NCBI GenBank assembly: GCA_900554815.1
Contig: USIO01000002.1
Coordinates: 192 to 64,191, forward strand
DNA length: 64,000 nt
Source of the DNA: an uncultured Clostridium sp.
Lineage (GTDB): Bacteria > Bacillota > Clostridia > TANB77 > CAG-508
Direction of reading: 5' to 3'
Numbering within the stretch: position 1 is the first letter of the stretch; every line of letters begins with the position of its first letter. Shown here piece by piece: positions 7,382 through 17,799 of this stretch. The notes beneath the pieces were generated by a model. The model saw nothing but the letters and a program-made list of their open reading frames with translations, was not told where the DNA came from and did not search any database. Made by a program: the position numbers and the translations under genes.

Positions 7382-8533
7382 TTAAACATTTTCAAATGTA
7401 GGCTCCATTGAATATCCTTTTTCATTTCTGCTTTCTATTATTTCTGTTATTCTCGCATTAACTGACATTCCATATTCATTCAATATTCTTACAATATCGC
7501 CTAAGTTATAATCTTTTTTGTATATATAATTAACACCTGTGATAATTTTTCCAGAGAAGGATGTAACCTGTACACATTCTGACATTTTTTCATATCCCAC
7601 ACCTTTTAAATTTTCAGTATATACATTATTACATAGTTTTACCTCTTCTACTTCTCCTTCTTCGTTCTTTGTGATAATTGCTATGTTATTTCCATTTACT
7701 TGATAATAAATTACATTGTTAATTGTTTTTTCTATTCCATTTGGATAACTACTTACAAGTTCATCATAATCTATTGTACTTGAAACATCTCGAGCATCAA
7801 CATACAATTCGTTTCTGTCAATTCCTCTTTCACTTCCAATAGTAGTCGTTTTCCTATCTACTCCTTCGCCTTCTCCTGCTATTAATGCAACATTTTTAAT
7901 ATTGCTATTATCTTCTACATAATCCGTGGTTGATATATTGTCATAGTTTTGTGAAAAAGTAATATACTGACTTCTATCTTCTCCTTTATACAATGAAAAA
8001 ACAAAGTTACCATTTTTTATAGTAACTTTGTATCCCCATCCAAATTGTTGACAAATTTCTTGTACCTTATCTCCTATATAATCATATGTTACTTGTTCTC
8101 GAATAGTTTCAGTAAATCCTTTTTTGTCATCAAGTATAAAATTACTAATTTTACGATTAGGATCCTTTGGATTAATAAATGCATCGGTAATTAGCTTTCT
8201 TATGTAGTCCTCAGCTAACCCATTAAAATTAGTTTGATTCATAACTATTCTTTTATTTAGAATATCTTTTATATCTGTACCTGTAATAATTATTTGGTCT
8301 CCATTTTCTTCATCAGTCTGTATCTCTATCTTCTTAATTTCACAGGACATTTCGTCATCTTCACGAGAAATATACCTACATTCTTTTACTTTGTTTAAAT
8401 TTTCTTTTGATGCTTGAATAACTAATTCACAATCTCCTAATGTATTATATCTTGGTGACCATATAGCACTTGAATATGTGTCAATTATATATATTTTTTT
8501 TAAGTTTTCATCTAATAAATATAGTTCCTCCAT
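7382..8533 (-). CDS. Tail-associated protein (Tal-like / phage minor structural protein, siphovirus tail tip)
   Basis: Follows Dit in gene order. N-terminus MEELYLLDENLKKIYIIDTYSSAIWSPRYN resembles the prophage tail endopeptidase N-domain. Confidence 0.5.
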   Translation of the reverse strand: MEELYLLDENLKKIYIIDTYSSAIWSPRYNTLGDCELVIQASKENLNKVKECRYISREDDEMSCEIKKIEIQTDEENGDQIIITGTDIKDILNKRIVMNQTNFNGLAEDYIRKLITDAFINPKDPNRKISNFILDDKKGFTETIREQVTYDYIGDKVQEICQQFGWGYKVTIKNGNFVFSLYKGEDRSQYITFSQNYDNISTTDYVEDNSNIKNVALIAGEGEGVDRKTTTIGSERGIDRNELYVDARDVSSTIDYDELVSSYPNGIEKTINNVIYYQVNGNNIAIITKNEEGEVEEVKLCNNVYTENLKGVGYEKMSECVQVTSFSGKIITGVNYIYKKDYNLGDIVRILNEYGMSVNARITEIIESRNEKGYSMEPTFENV

Positions 8534-8535
8534 AA

Positions 8536-9396
8536 CTAAACTCCTAAATAAACCTTATAGTAATTAAATTGAATATCTACTGACATATCAGAAGTTCCAT
8601 CATCAGCTAAGAAACTAAAATTATTGTCTCCTATACCTAATTGAAAGAAAGTGGATCCACTTCTTACATAAGGTATTAAATTATATGCTAAAGCATCTCT
8701 AGTTAATATAACTGATTTACTTCCTCTATTGCAATTTATAATCAATTTATCGTTTGCCATAAAATTATAATCTATTATAAAATTCTGGCCATTATCTATG
8801 TTACGAATTTCTAATTTATCTACTCTGCCCATAAATGTTACATTAACAATAAGACCTGTTTCGCTCTCACTTTCATTAATAACATTTGTTATTTTTTCTA
8901 ATTCTATTTCTGAAAAAGCGATTGGTTCTCCTATATTTATTGAAAATGGAAAAGTAAATTTTTTTAGAGCCTTTGAGATACTTTGTACTATTGTTTCTAT
9001 ATCTTTAAAATATGGATCTGGGCATAATATAGAAATTTGTGCAACTTGTTTTTGTGTAAAAATAGGAGCTTCAAAGGCTTGTACATATCCTTCAATATAT
9101 ACATCCCTTTGGTCATCGGTATAATAAATTTTACACCAATTCTTATTTCTAAAATATTGATATAATGTTAATCTATTGGTTTGAACATCTCCATTAATAT
9201 AAACGGTGATAACTATTTCTCTATTAGGTATTTTAGAACTATTAAAAGCTGAGCCATCTCCATTTGCAAAATCTGATGTATTTATCGTTGCATTTGGAGG
9301 ATTCAAACCTTCAACATTAGTTACTTGAAAATTTGTTTCATCATTTGTAAGTTCTAAAATCGCACCTTTAGCATTTTCAACTTTTAAACTAAACAT
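8536..9396 (-). CDS. Distal tail protein (Dit, phage tail family protein)
   Basis: 286 aa gene immediately downstream of the tape measure gene, the canonical Dit position. Confidence 0.5.
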   Translation of the reverse strand: MFSLKVENAKGAILELTNDETNFQVTNVEGLNPPNATINTSDFANGDGSAFNSSKIPNREIVITVYINGDVQTNRLTLYQYFRNKNWCKIYYTDDQRDVYIEGYVQAFEAPIFTQKQVAQISILCPDPYFKDIETIVQSISKALKKFTFPFSINIGEPIAFSEIELEKITNVINESESETGLIVNVTFMGRVDKLEIRNIDNGQNFIIDYNFMANDKLIINCNRGSKSVILTRDALAYNLIPYVRSGSTFFQLGIGDNNFSFLADDGTSDMSVDIQFNYYKVYLGV

Positions 9397-9406
9397 ATTT
9401 TCCCTC

Positions 9407-12400
9407 CTATTTTACTGTTACTAGGTTTAATAAGTTTTTTGTTTGTCTATATAATTCTAATCTTGAAGGTTGTTTTGGAGCATTTATTACTTGAGTAAAA
9501 TTATTTACATTCGATGTTGTATTAGATACATTATTTATATTTGATGCATTGGTTTTTACTATTTGGTCTTTCATTTCATTGGCCACAGCTTTTATCCAAT
9601 GTTTATTTCTTTCAAGTGGTACTACAGCCTCAGCACCAGAACCTTCTAATAATCCAACTTCTCCTTTTCTTAATACTCCACCCTTTGCAAGTCTTGGAAG
9701 ATTAACTCTATTAAAGTTACCTATATTTACTCCGGGTATATTATTAATTAAATTTATTGCACCATTTATCATATCAATACCTTTATTAATTACATTTTCA
9801 ATCATTGATATAATACCATTAATTCCTGACTTTACTGCTCCTCCAATGGCATCTCCTATTGTTGTTCCTAAACTTGAAAATTTATTACTAATTGTATTCC
9901 AAAGTCCTCCAAAGAAGTCTCCTACTTTTCCGAATATACTTGTAATATTATTCCAAGCCTCTTGGAATTTGTCTTTAAACCAGTTTCCTACATTTGAAAA
10001 TGCACCACTGATACTACTCCATGCATTAGATGCCCATTCTTTGGCTGTTGACCATGCTTTTTTAGAATTTTCATTTGCTTGTGTAAATTTTTCTTTAAAC
10101 CAATTCCCTGCATTTGAAAAAGCACTTGTAATATTATTCCAAGTATTAGATGCCCATTCTTTAGTATTTGCCCACGCATTTTGTATATTTTCTTTTGCAT
10201 TAGAGAACTTCTCTCCAAACCAACTACCAACATTTGAAAATACATTTTTTATTCCTTCCCATGCTCCACTAAAGAATTCTCCTAATTGGGCAGGTAATTG
10301 TGCAAGTCCTTGGAATATTGCTGTAATAATTTGTGGTATTGCTTTTATTAATTCAATACAAATTTGAGGTATTGCAGTAACAAGTCCCATAAATAATTGT
10401 ACTGCTCCTGCAATTAATGTTGGTAGATTTTGAAGTAGGGTTGTTACTATTGTGGTAATTATTTTTGGAATTTCTGGAATTAATGCTTGTATAATTTGTG
10501 GAATTGCTTGTACTATTCCCATAAGTAATTGTACAGCACCATTTATAATAGCATCTAATCCATTAATTAGTCCATTTACTATTGCTTGTATTATTGTTGG
10601 TAATGCATCAATAAGAGCAGCTATAATCTCTGGAATTGCATCTATAATACCCATTAATAATTGTATTGCTCCATCAATTATAAGAGGTATTCCAGTAATT
10701 AAGCCATTAACAATACTATTTATAATCTGTGGTAGAGCATTTAAAATAGCCTTAATAACTGTTGGTATTGCATCTATAATTGCCATAAAAAAATCAATCG
10801 CTCCTTGAATTAATTGTGGTATTCCATCAACGAGAGATTGAACTATTTGTGGTATTATATTAACTATTTGTACTAAAATTTCTGGTATCATTTGGCCTAG
10901 ACCTGTTAGCAAACTTTGTATTATTTGAGCTCCTACTGATACTAACTTTGGTAACATACTTAACAATGATTGTGTTATCTGCGGTATTAAATTCATTATG
11001 GTTTGAATTACTTGTGGCAATGCATTTATAATTCCTTGTATCAAAGATGTTATTATTTGTACGCCTATGTTTAAGATTGTTGGTAATGCCTCAGTTAGTT
11101 TTGATAGTAGCATATCTAAAGTTACAGATATTCCACTTGTCAATAATTCTGCTGCTCCAGTAGTTCCTTCCATTAGACCTCTAACGCCATCTCCAATTTG
11201 TTCAAGGCCAGGTAACATTGTATTTACCAAATCAGCAATTCCTTGCTTAAATGCAGTTATTATTGGCATTGCCACTCTACCCATTTCTGACATTGCTGTA
11301 CTCATATTAGCTGTTGCTTCTCTCGATGCTATTAAATCTCCATTAACATCTTTGTAGGCATCTGTAGCACTTTGATATGTTTTGCTCAATGTTTCTGTAA
11401 TTAATGTTGCTCTTTCTTGTTCACTATTACATTGAGCTAATTGCTGATTGAATTTATCTTCAGATATACCTGCCCAATTTAAAGCATCAGCTAGAGGACC
11501 TGTAACTTGTCCCACTTTTGCAGTTTCGTTAGCCGCTTCTGTTAATCCTTCCAGAGGTAAGCTATCGCCAAATGTTGCATACACACCTGTTGCTATGTCA
11601 GTCCACTTTGAAAGTTCTTCTTCGCTCTTTGTTAACTTAGCCAAGTGGTTTACTGCTTCAACAGATTGGTCTGTTTCTCCTAATATTCCAACCATTCCTT
11701 GAAAAGATTTTTGTGCAGCTTCTGTAGAGTGTCCTGCACTTGTAAAAGCAGCTTCGAGTTTTCCCATATCCTCCATAGTATCTTGTGTTGCTGCTCCAGT
11801 AGCCAAAAAACCCGCAACAGCTCCTGCTGCCGCGGTTGCTATACCCATTAAACCTTTTTTAAGTCCTCCACCTAATTTGCTTGCTAAACTATCACTATTT
11901 TTTTCTGCTTTTTGTGCAGCATCTCCTACTTCTTTTAATCCCTTAGCTGCTTTGCTACTTGATTTGTTCGTATCATTTGAATTACTTTCTACTTCGTCAA
12001 GAGCACTACTATATTGTCTTATTTCTTTTTCTGTCTTATTTACTGCAGCTTGTTGATTTAAAATAGTTACTTTTAATTTATCTGCCATATTTGCATTTGC
12101 AGTTTGCTCTTTTTCTACATCTGTTAAGGCTTTTTCATATTTTTTATATTCATCGGATGTCTTTGAAATTCCTTGACTAGATAATTGTTGAAGTTTTGCT
12201 TTTAATTCATCTGCTTTTTTCCCATTTTCTTGCTCTGCTTTTTCAACTGCTTGCAATTGAGATTTATAATTATCAAGTTTCTTATTTTCTTCAATTAATA
12301 CTGAGTTTAATTGTTTTAATTTTGCATTTAATCCATCACTTGATTTTGTCCAGTCATCCATACCTGCACTAGCTGCTTTAAATTCTGCATTTGCGAGTTT

Positions 12401-12487
12401 TATATTTTTGTTTGCTTCAGTTATACCTTTTTTTAATTCAGATATATCGACTTTAAATTTTGTTGTTATATCTTCTCCTTTTGGCAT
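9407..12487 (-). CDS. Tail tape measure protein
   Basis: 1026 aa. N-terminal coiled coil. Long hydrophobic repeat block (IIPQIVQSL.., roughly 33-aa repeats) and 3-4 copies of NAWANTKEWASN..FSNAGNWFKEKF. Lies between chaperone and Dit. Confidence 0.85.
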   Translation of the reverse strand: MPKGEDITTKFKVDISELKKGITEANKNIKLANAEFKAASAGMDDWTKSSDGLNAKLKQLNSVLIEENKKLDNYKSQLQAVEKAEQENGKKADELKAKLQQLSSQGISKTSDEYKKYEKALTDVEKEQTANANMADKLKVTILNQQAAVNKTEKEIRQYSSALDEVESNSNDTNKSSSKAAKGLKEVGDAAQKAEKNSDSLASKLGGGLKKGLMGIATAAAGAVAGFLATGAATQDTMEDMGKLEAAFTSAGHSTEAAQKSFQGMVGILGETDQSVEAVNHLAKLTKSEEELSKWTDIATGVYATFGDSLPLEGLTEAANETAKVGQVTGPLADALNWAGISEDKFNQQLAQCNSEQERATLITETLSKTYQSATDAYKDVNGDLIASREATANMSTAMSEMGRVAMPIITAFKQGIADLVNTMLPGLEQIGDGVRGLMEGTTGAAELLTSGISVTLDMLLSKLTEALPTILNIGVQIITSLIQGIINALPQVIQTIMNLIPQITQSLLSMLPKLVSVGAQIIQSLLTGLGQMIPEILVQIVNIIPQIVQSLVDGIPQLIQGAIDFFMAIIDAIPTVIKAILNALPQIINSIVNGLITGIPLIIDGAIQLLMGIIDAIPEIIAALIDALPTIIQAIVNGLINGLDAIINGAVQLLMGIVQAIPQIIQALIPEIPKIITTIVTTLLQNLPTLIAGAVQLFMGLVTAIPQICIELIKAIPQIITAIFQGLAQLPAQLGEFFSGAWEGIKNVFSNVGSWFGEKFSNAKENIQNAWANTKEWASNTWNNITSAFSNAGNWFKEKFTQANENSKKAWSTAKEWASNAWSSISGAFSNVGNWFKDKFQEAWNNITSIFGKVGDFFGGLWNTISNKFSSLGTTIGDAIGGAVKSGINGIISMIENVINKGIDMINGAINLINNIPGVNIGNFNRVNLPRLAKGGVLRKGEVGLLEGSGAEAVVPLERNKHWIKAVANEMKDQIVKTNASNINNVSNTTSNVNNFTQVINAPKQPSRLELYRQTKNLLNLVTVK

Positions 12488-12507
12488 TTGTCTACCTCCC
12501 TTTTAAA

Positions 12508-13052
12508 TTAAAACCATGTATCACTCGCTCGCCTCCTAATCTTTTTAGGTTTCTTTTCTTGCTCGTTATACACATTTAATCTTCTAATCAATAAGAAAAC
12601 TTCGTGAAATCTTTTCTGTCTAACATCAAATGGAGATAAACTTGGGAATCGATCACAAATCGACATTTCAACTTCAAATAAAATTTGATAAAGGGTGACA
12701 TTCACATCACCCTCATTTAGTTTTTTCCATTTGTTCCTTTAGTAATTTGTGAAATTGAAAATTTAACAATTTCTACTAAAGCTGTACTAATTTCAGATAC
12801 TTTTGTTTTCTTCAATTCCTCATCTGTTAGTCCTTCAAAGATATCTTTTAGTAATGGTTTAATAATTCTCATTCCATTAATTATTACTTTACCTACTAAC
12901 TTAATTATTTCAGCATCTGTTCCGTTTTTTAATTGGTCTAAATCTATAAGATCAATTAAATCTTCAACGGTTCCAAACATTAAATCGTATGTTTCTGCTG
13001 TATAGGTTTTTACGATTTTTTTCTTTTCATAGATATTTAATTTTAAATCCAT
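12508..13052 (-). CDS. Predicted G-T fusion made by a programmed -1 ribosomal frameshift (gpGT-like)
   Basis: Heptamer A_AAA_AAC (plus 12720-12726) sits directly before the G stop. The -1 frame stays open (KWKKLNEGDVNVTLYQ...) for about 70 codons and ends 20 nt before the TMP start. Confidence 0.5.
12717..13052 (-). CDS. Tail assembly chaperone (gpG-like)
   Basis: 111 aa acidic protein between major tail and TMP. Ends in slippery AAAAAAC followed by TAA. Confidence 0.6.
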   Translation of the reverse strand: MDLKLNIYEKKKIVKTYTAETYDLMFGTVEDLIDLIDLDQLKNGTDAEIIKLVGKVIINGMRIIKPLLKDIFEGLTDEELKKTKVSEISTALVEIVKFSISQITKGTNGKN

Positions 13053-13073
13053 TTTTCTCCTCCTATTATGTTT

Positions 13074-13700
13074 TTATGCTTTTGCTGTTAGTGTGTCTGG
13101 TGTAACTACTTCATCAAAGAATGTACTTACATCTGCTAATCCTTTTGCAACATCAACATTTATAGCTTTTGCACCTTTCTTGTTACCATTTTTATCAGTA
13201 ACTTTTGTAAATTTGTGTGTTGTATTAATTCCTGTATATGTTAATTCTTGTCCATTTGCATCTGTACCATCATTTTCTGTTGCATGAGTAGATTCTGGAA
13301 TATTAAATGTTCCTTTTAATCTCCAAACATATACATAATCTCCATTAGTTTTCTTTGTCTTATATCCTATTGCAAAGTATTTTGTTTCTCTTTCTCCTTC
13401 TATTAAAGCTCCTGTAAGTTCATCATATTTTTGCCCTGTAATCTTTGCTAGTATATCAAGTGGAATTGCAGATACTGATAATGTTACTTCATCAGCTCCT
13501 GTAGAACTTACAACTACTGCTGGCATATTATTATAATAATGAGATTCATTTGAACTACTTGTACTTTTACTTATTTCTGCAACTCCAGCAATATCAAATA
13601 CCTCTCCTGTTGTATATCCTTCTTCTTCGTTATTATTATCTGTCAAAACCTCTGCTGCAACTAAATCTTCGACACCTCTGTACTCAGTAATTTCATCCAT
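13074..13700 (-). CDS. Major tail protein
   Basis: 208 aa, acidic. Typical position upstream of the chaperone. Composition and size match TP901-1/phi13-type major tail proteins. Confidence 0.7.
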   Translation of the reverse strand: MDEITEYRGVEDLVAAEVLTDNNNEEEGYTTGEVFDIAGVAEISKSTSSSNESHYYNNMPAVVVSSTGADEVTLSVSAIPLDILAKITGQKYDELTGALIEGERETKYFAIGYKTKKTNGDYVYVWRLKGTFNIPESTHATENDGTDANGQELTYTGINTTHKFTKVTDKNGNKKGAKAINVDVAKGLADVSTFFDEVVTPDTLTAKA

Positions 13701-13711
13701 GTTTTTTCCTC

Positions 13712-14056
13712 CTATCTTTCTATTATCTTTACATCTATTCCACGACCCGTATGCGTTGGTTCATCGCTTACAACATCGTGTCCTTTGCCTGTAACAATAA
13801 AATTATTTTCTTTTAATATTTTTTTAGCTTCCATTAATTTGGTATTAACTAATTTTGGATCACTTGAATAAAAGTTCAAATCAAAATACCATATTGTTGA
13901 ATGTTCTTTATTGTCATAAAACTCATTTCCTTCAGATAAATTATTCCAAAAAGTAAAAAAGCTATCTGGATATGGTTCATCTGCTCCAAGTGAGCCTTGT
14001 CGAAATATTGGATAGCCCAACGATTCGATTAATTCTATTAATAAATCTTCCATCAA
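13712..14056 (-). CDS. Tail completion / neck protein (hypothetical)
   Basis: 114 aa. Position between the gp10-like gene and the major tail gene. Confidence 0.3.
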   Translation of the reverse strand: MMEDLLIELIESLGYPIFRQGSLGADEPYPDSFFTFWNNLSEGNEFYDNKEHSTIWYFDLNFYSSDPKLVNTKLMEAKKILKENNFIVTGKGHDVVSDEPTHTGRGIDVKIIER

Positions 14057-14463
14057 CCGTTTAACCTCCTTATTTCGTTATAAAATATTTCTTCTTGGGC
14101 TTTCTGTACTTCATCTCTAGTTCTTTTGCTCCAAAATGCGTTATACATTTTTTGATCCTTGCTTTGTCTTGGAGTTCCATACATTAAAAATATAGAAGCA
14201 AGTCCACCTTCCGAAATACTAAAACCTGTTTTTACACTTGCTATTGTTCCTGCCCATTCAATTTTTGCATTTTTTCTCAAGCTTTTTTCTGTTTGACGAG
14301 TTTTATTATGTGGAGCTATAGCTTCTTCGGCTTTTTGAGTAATAATAGAATGTGTTTTCTTTAATGCTTTTTCAGTAGTTCCTTTTATATCTCCACCTAA
14401 TTTATTTAATCTTGATATTACCTTATCGAACCCATCAAATTCTAAATAAACTTTGTTACTCAT
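14053..14463 (-). CDS. HK97 gp10-family phage protein (tail component)
   Basis: 136 aa. Size and gene order in the head-tail joining block. Confidence 0.45.
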   Translation of the reverse strand: MSNKVYLEFDGFDKVISRLNKLGGDIKGTTEKALKKTHSIITQKAEEAIAPHNKTRQTEKSLRKNAKIEWAGTIASVKTGFSISEGGLASIFLMYGTPRQSKDQKMYNAFWSKRTRDEVQKAQEEIFYNEIRRLNG

Positions 14464-14672
14464 TCTTCAACCACTTCTGTAGCTGTAACTGTACCATCAT
14501 CTGTTACAGTAATTTCAAACTTCTTTGTACTTTCAGCAGTAGAAGATGCTAATATTATTTTCTTTGGTGTTACGGCAAACATATTGTCTAACACTTCGCA
14601 TATTGTTTCTCCGTCAATTTCTTCTCCTGTTGCTCTTTTATACAATTCTTTTAAGCTTTCAACTTTACTCAT
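14460..14672 (-). CDS. Hypothetical phage protein (70 aa)
   Basis: Small acidic ORF in the head-tail joining block, start/stop-coupled to its neighbours. Confidence 0.3.
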   Translation of the reverse strand: MSKVESLKELYKRATGEEIDGETICEVLDNMFAVTPKKIILASSTAESTKKFEITVTDDGTVTATEVVEE

Positions 14673-15077
14673 TTAAGCTCCTCCTTTCACTCGTTTTACT
14701 TTGAATTTTAAAAATTGATTTCGCATATTAATATTTTCAGGTTCATTAATAATGTCAAAAACAGCCTCATCATTAGCTCTTGCTATTCTGCAGTTGCTCG
14801 TTATATCTGGCCTATACCATGTTGATATGTTTGCTGTATCTTCTATGGAGTAGATTCCATTTACTGTTTTCTCTGTACCTCCATAAGTTTGAAAACTTCC
14901 GAAGAATAGATTAACTGGATTATCATTTTTATCTTTTACTGATAAAGCTTCTTTGACTGTTGGATATTCCTTTTTGTTTACACCACTAATTTTTGAAGTA
15001 GATTTTGGTATTAAAAGCACAAGTGGAATAGGATTTTTTATTTCTAATCTAAAATCACTCATCTTTCTCCTCCTCAT
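14673..15077 (-). CDS. Head closure / head-tail adaptor protein
   Basis: 134 aa. Gene order downstream of the connector gene. Confidence 0.4.
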   Translation of the reverse strand: MRRRKMSDFRLEIKNPIPLVLLIPKSTSKISGVNKKEYPTVKEALSVKDKNDNPVNLFFGSFQTYGGTEKTVNGIYSIEDTANISTWYRPDITSNCRIARANDEAVFDIINEPENINMRNQFLKFKVKRVKGGA

Positions 15078-15387
15078 TCACTTCTTCATTAATTGGATCC
15101 AATTCTTCCACAGTTTTTCCACTTAATTGAATAGCTCTTTGAATAAAATATGGAGAGAACGATGTCCCTCCACTTCCATAATTCCATAGGTCTGATACTC
15201 CTCTAGTTATAATTCCTACTGACGAAGGATGTTCGACAACTTCTTTTAGCACTCCTCCATCAATAAGAAATCTTTTTACTTCATCAATATATTCTTGTAT
15301 TGTACCGTCTTGATATGAGCCTGTAATACCAAGGCCTTTTTTTACTTTTTCTAACATATTAATTACTCCTTTAGTTTTGCTTTTCAA
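15055..15387 (-). CDS. Head-tail connector (gp6-like DNA-packaging protein)
   Basis: 110 aa. Immediately downstream of the capsid and acidic-repeat genes. Confidence 0.4.
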   Translation of the reverse strand: MKSKTKGVINMLEKVKKGLGITGSYQDGTIQEYIDEVKRFLIDGGVLKEVVEHPSSVGIITRGVSDLWNYGSGGTSFSPYFIQRAIQLSGKTVEELDPINEEVNEEEKDE

Positions 15388-15781
15388 CTAATTTTCTTTT
15401 GTCTTTCAATAACTCTTCTGCTCTTGTTTTATCAACAGTTATTACATCATTTACTTTATATTTGTCATTAGTATATTTATCAGTAAATGCTATTAAAACT
15501 TTTAATTTCACTTTTGAGCTATTGCTTTTTGATTTTGTAGTATTTTCTTTTTTATTTTTCTCTGTTTCCTCTTCTTCTGTTTTTTCTTCTTCCTCTGCTG
15601 TTGCTTCTTCCTTTACTTCTTCTGTCTTTGTTTCTTCTTTTACTTCCTCTGTTTTTGCCTCTTCTTTTACTTTCTCTGTTTTTGTTTCTTCTACTTTTTC
15701 TTCTGTAGAAACTGCTGTTTCTTCAACAGCAGTTTCCTTAACTTCTTCATTATTTACAATTTCTTCTTTTTTAGTTGCCAT
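15371..15781 (-). CDS. Acidic Glu/Lys-rich repeat protein (possible head decoration or scaffold-like protein)
   Basis: Repeats of TEEVKEE(A/T)KTEEVKEE seen as tandem DNA repeats at 15540-15720. Directly downstream of the major capsid gene. Confidence 0.4.
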   Translation of the reverse strand: MATKKEEIVNNEEVKETAVEETAVSTEEKVEETKTEKVKEEAKTEEVKEETKTEEVKEEATAEEEEKTEEEETEKNKKENTTKSKSNSSKVKLKVLIAFTDKYTNDKYKVNDVITVDKTRAEELLKDKRKLVEKQN

Positions 15782-15794
15782 AATAAACTCCTTT

Positions 15795-17168
15795 CTAAGC
15801 TGTTACGCTTTTCTTTAATAAATAAATATATTTTGGATCTAATATTTTTCCATCATTGATTACTAGTGCTTTCTTTATGTATTGATTCTTTTCATGATCA
15901 AAATAATCAACAACAGTAAATTCCATATTACTATTAATTGCATAAGCTTCTTCTGGAACCCAATACATTCCAAAGTAATCTCCATCTGCTGCATCATTAA
16001 AGTTTTTCAATACATCTTCCTCTACAAATGCAACATTCTTTCCTTTGAATTTTGAAATTTCAGAACCATCAACAGGATTAAATGTTTCATTATATACTGG
16101 TCTATTGTTATCATCTGTTAATGTTTTTATATTTGCTTCATAAGTATTTGCAGTCATAGCAAATTCAGGATTTAAACCTCTCATTGCTAATGGGATTTTA
16201 GCAAATAATTTTTCTTGCCATGCTTTCCAGTCTGCCATTTCAGCAGCAGTAAATGTGATTATATTTGCTGCAGGTATTCTTGAACCACTTGATTTTTTTG
16301 CTTCTGTTAATATACCAACACATTCATTATTAGCATCTTGTCCATTCATAATTTCTTTATCCATTGCTTGAACATAAGCTTTTACAATTACTTTGGCAAA
16401 TTCTTCTTCAAATACTGGAACACTTAATATTGTTTGTAATAATGTTCTTGCCATTCTAATTTCACCAATTTTATATGAGAACTCTACTGAGCCTGTAACT
16501 CCACCAGCATTTTGTCTGTCGCTTACAGTAGTTTCTGTAATACGCTTGAATGTTGCACTAAAACTTCCAATTGGATATTTTACACCACCTTGTAAGTTGG
16601 TCTTTAATACCCTTGAATAAAGTTGTCCATATACTTTTTCTACATCTGTAATTATTTTTTGAATTACAGTAGTTGGAATTAATACTCCTAATTCACTAGA
16701 TGTTCCTGTTGCATCAGTTCTTGACTCAAATAATAAAACATCTCTGTTGATTTCTCCTCTTTGGATGTAATTCATGAATGCTTTTCTATATTCCATAGTT
16801 GCTCTAGGATCATTGCTATCTATATCAAATTCTTGTCCTCTGTTATTCATTCTAGCTTGCCCTAAAACATTTAGAGTTGCATTTGGATTAAATCCATTTG
16901 CACTTCTTCCTTCATTTGCATTTGCATCATCATTATTATCATCTGTATTATTATCTTTGTCAGCATCTTTGTTGTCATCTTTGTTGTTATCATCTTCTTC
17001 TAATTTAGCTAATTGTTCTTCAGCATCATTAATCTCATCTCGCAATGCGATTAATGTTTCTCCTAGACTTCTAACTTCCTCAATGTCTTGAGAATTTTTC
17101 ATTTTTTCTTCCTTTGCTTTTAATTCATTTTTCTTTCTAGCAATTAATTTTTTTAAATAATCTTTCAT
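15795..17168 (-). CDS. Major capsid protein, HK97 family (with N-terminal coiled-coil delta region)
   Basis: 457 aa. Coiled-coil and acidic N-terminal 110 aa, then an HK97-like core. Gene order protease-capsid. Confidence 0.85.
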   Translation of the reverse strand: MKDYLKKLIARKKNELKAKEEKMKNSQDIEEVRSLGETLIALRDEINDAEEQLAKLEEDDNNKDDNKDADKDNNTDDNNDDANANEGRSANGFNPNATLNVLGQARMNNRGQEFDIDSNDPRATMEYRKAFMNYIQRGEINRDVLLFESRTDATGTSSELGVLIPTTVIQKIITDVEKVYGQLYSRVLKTNLQGGVKYPIGSFSATFKRITETTVSDRQNAGGVTGSVEFSYKIGEIRMARTLLQTILSVPVFEEEFAKVIVKAYVQAMDKEIMNGQDANNECVGILTEAKKSSGSRIPAANIITFTAAEMADWKAWQEKLFAKIPLAMRGLNPEFAMTANTYEANIKTLTDDNNRPVYNETFNPVDGSEISKFKGKNVAFVEEDVLKNFNDAADGDYFGMYWVPEEAYAINSNMEFTVVDYFDHEKNQYIKKALVINDGKILDPKYIYLLKKSVTA

Positions 17169-17169
17169 T

Positions 17170-17799
17170 TTACATTCCTCCTAATAAATATTTTAATTTT
17201 AATTTTTCTAACTCTAAAGAAGTGTCCACCTCTTTACTTCTAGCAGTCTCCACCGCTAGGCGTGCAGTGTCCACCGCACTTTTATCTCTAGCAGATATTG
17301 AAGTAGCCTCGTAAGCTGGAAATGTTACTGCACTAACTTCAACAACTGTTGAAATTGATTTTATATGTCTTGTTGGATAATCACTATCAAGGTTTTCCCA
17401 TTCTTCGTCATCGATTCCAAACATAAAAGACATACCTGTTATGTCTCCTCTCTCTATTGCACTATATAAATTTCTTGCCTCTGTATTATTTTCTACATCT
17501 AGTTCGACATTAATTTCCATTCCTTCGTCATCAACAGATAATTGCATAGTAGAATTCTTGGAATTTCTTCTTGACCTTGCAAGTGGTATTTTAGATTGAT
17601 CATGATTTACTAAAAATCTTACATCTTCTAAATTTGTTTTCTTTAATGCTCCTTTTTCTATAATCTCTGCAAACATTCCACCTATATCTGTTTTACTTCC
17701 ATAAACAATTGGCCTTCCTACAATTATGTTTCCTCTTCTTTCATCTTTTTCTGCTCTAATTTGAAAATCGTAATTTCTTCTAATTAATTCATTCTTCAT
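17170..17799 (-). CDS. Prohead protease, HK97 family (S78/U35)
   Basis: Start assigned to the ATG at 17799 with RBS GGAGG, since the ORF-track start at 17880 overlaps the portal. Position between portal and capsid. The acidic tail EVDTSLELEKLKLKY resembles a scaffold-like C-terminus. Confidence 0.75.
   Translation of the reverse strand: MKNELIRRNYDFQIRAEKDERRGNIIVGRPIVYGSKTDIGGMFAEIIEKGALKKTNLEDVRFLVNHDQSKIPLARSRRNSKNSTMQLSVDDEGMEINVELDVENNTEARNLYSAIERGDITGMSFMFGIDDEEWENLDSDYPTRHIKSISTVVEVSAVTFPAYEATSISARDKSAVDTARLAVETARSKEVDTSLELEKLKLKYLLGGM

Noticed and set aside
9960-10860. Tandem DNA repeats that could be mistaken for a CRISPR or VNTR array
   Set aside because: They are in-frame protein repeats of the tape measure protein, with variable spacing and no repeat-spacer structure. 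No cas genes or CRISPR-like array anywhere in the window.
9549-11702. Several long antisense ORFs inside the tape measure gene (9549..10367, 10452..10808, 11067..11357, 11448..11702)
   Set aside because: Shadow ORFs on the opposite strand of a long, repetitive, codon-biased gene. Translations are low-complexity and hydrophobic.
12508-12716. Independent small gene between chaperone and tape measure
   Set aside because: Better explained as the T extension of a G/GT -1 frameshift product. It is open in the -1 frame back through the slippery site and lacks its own ATG and RBS (GTG only).
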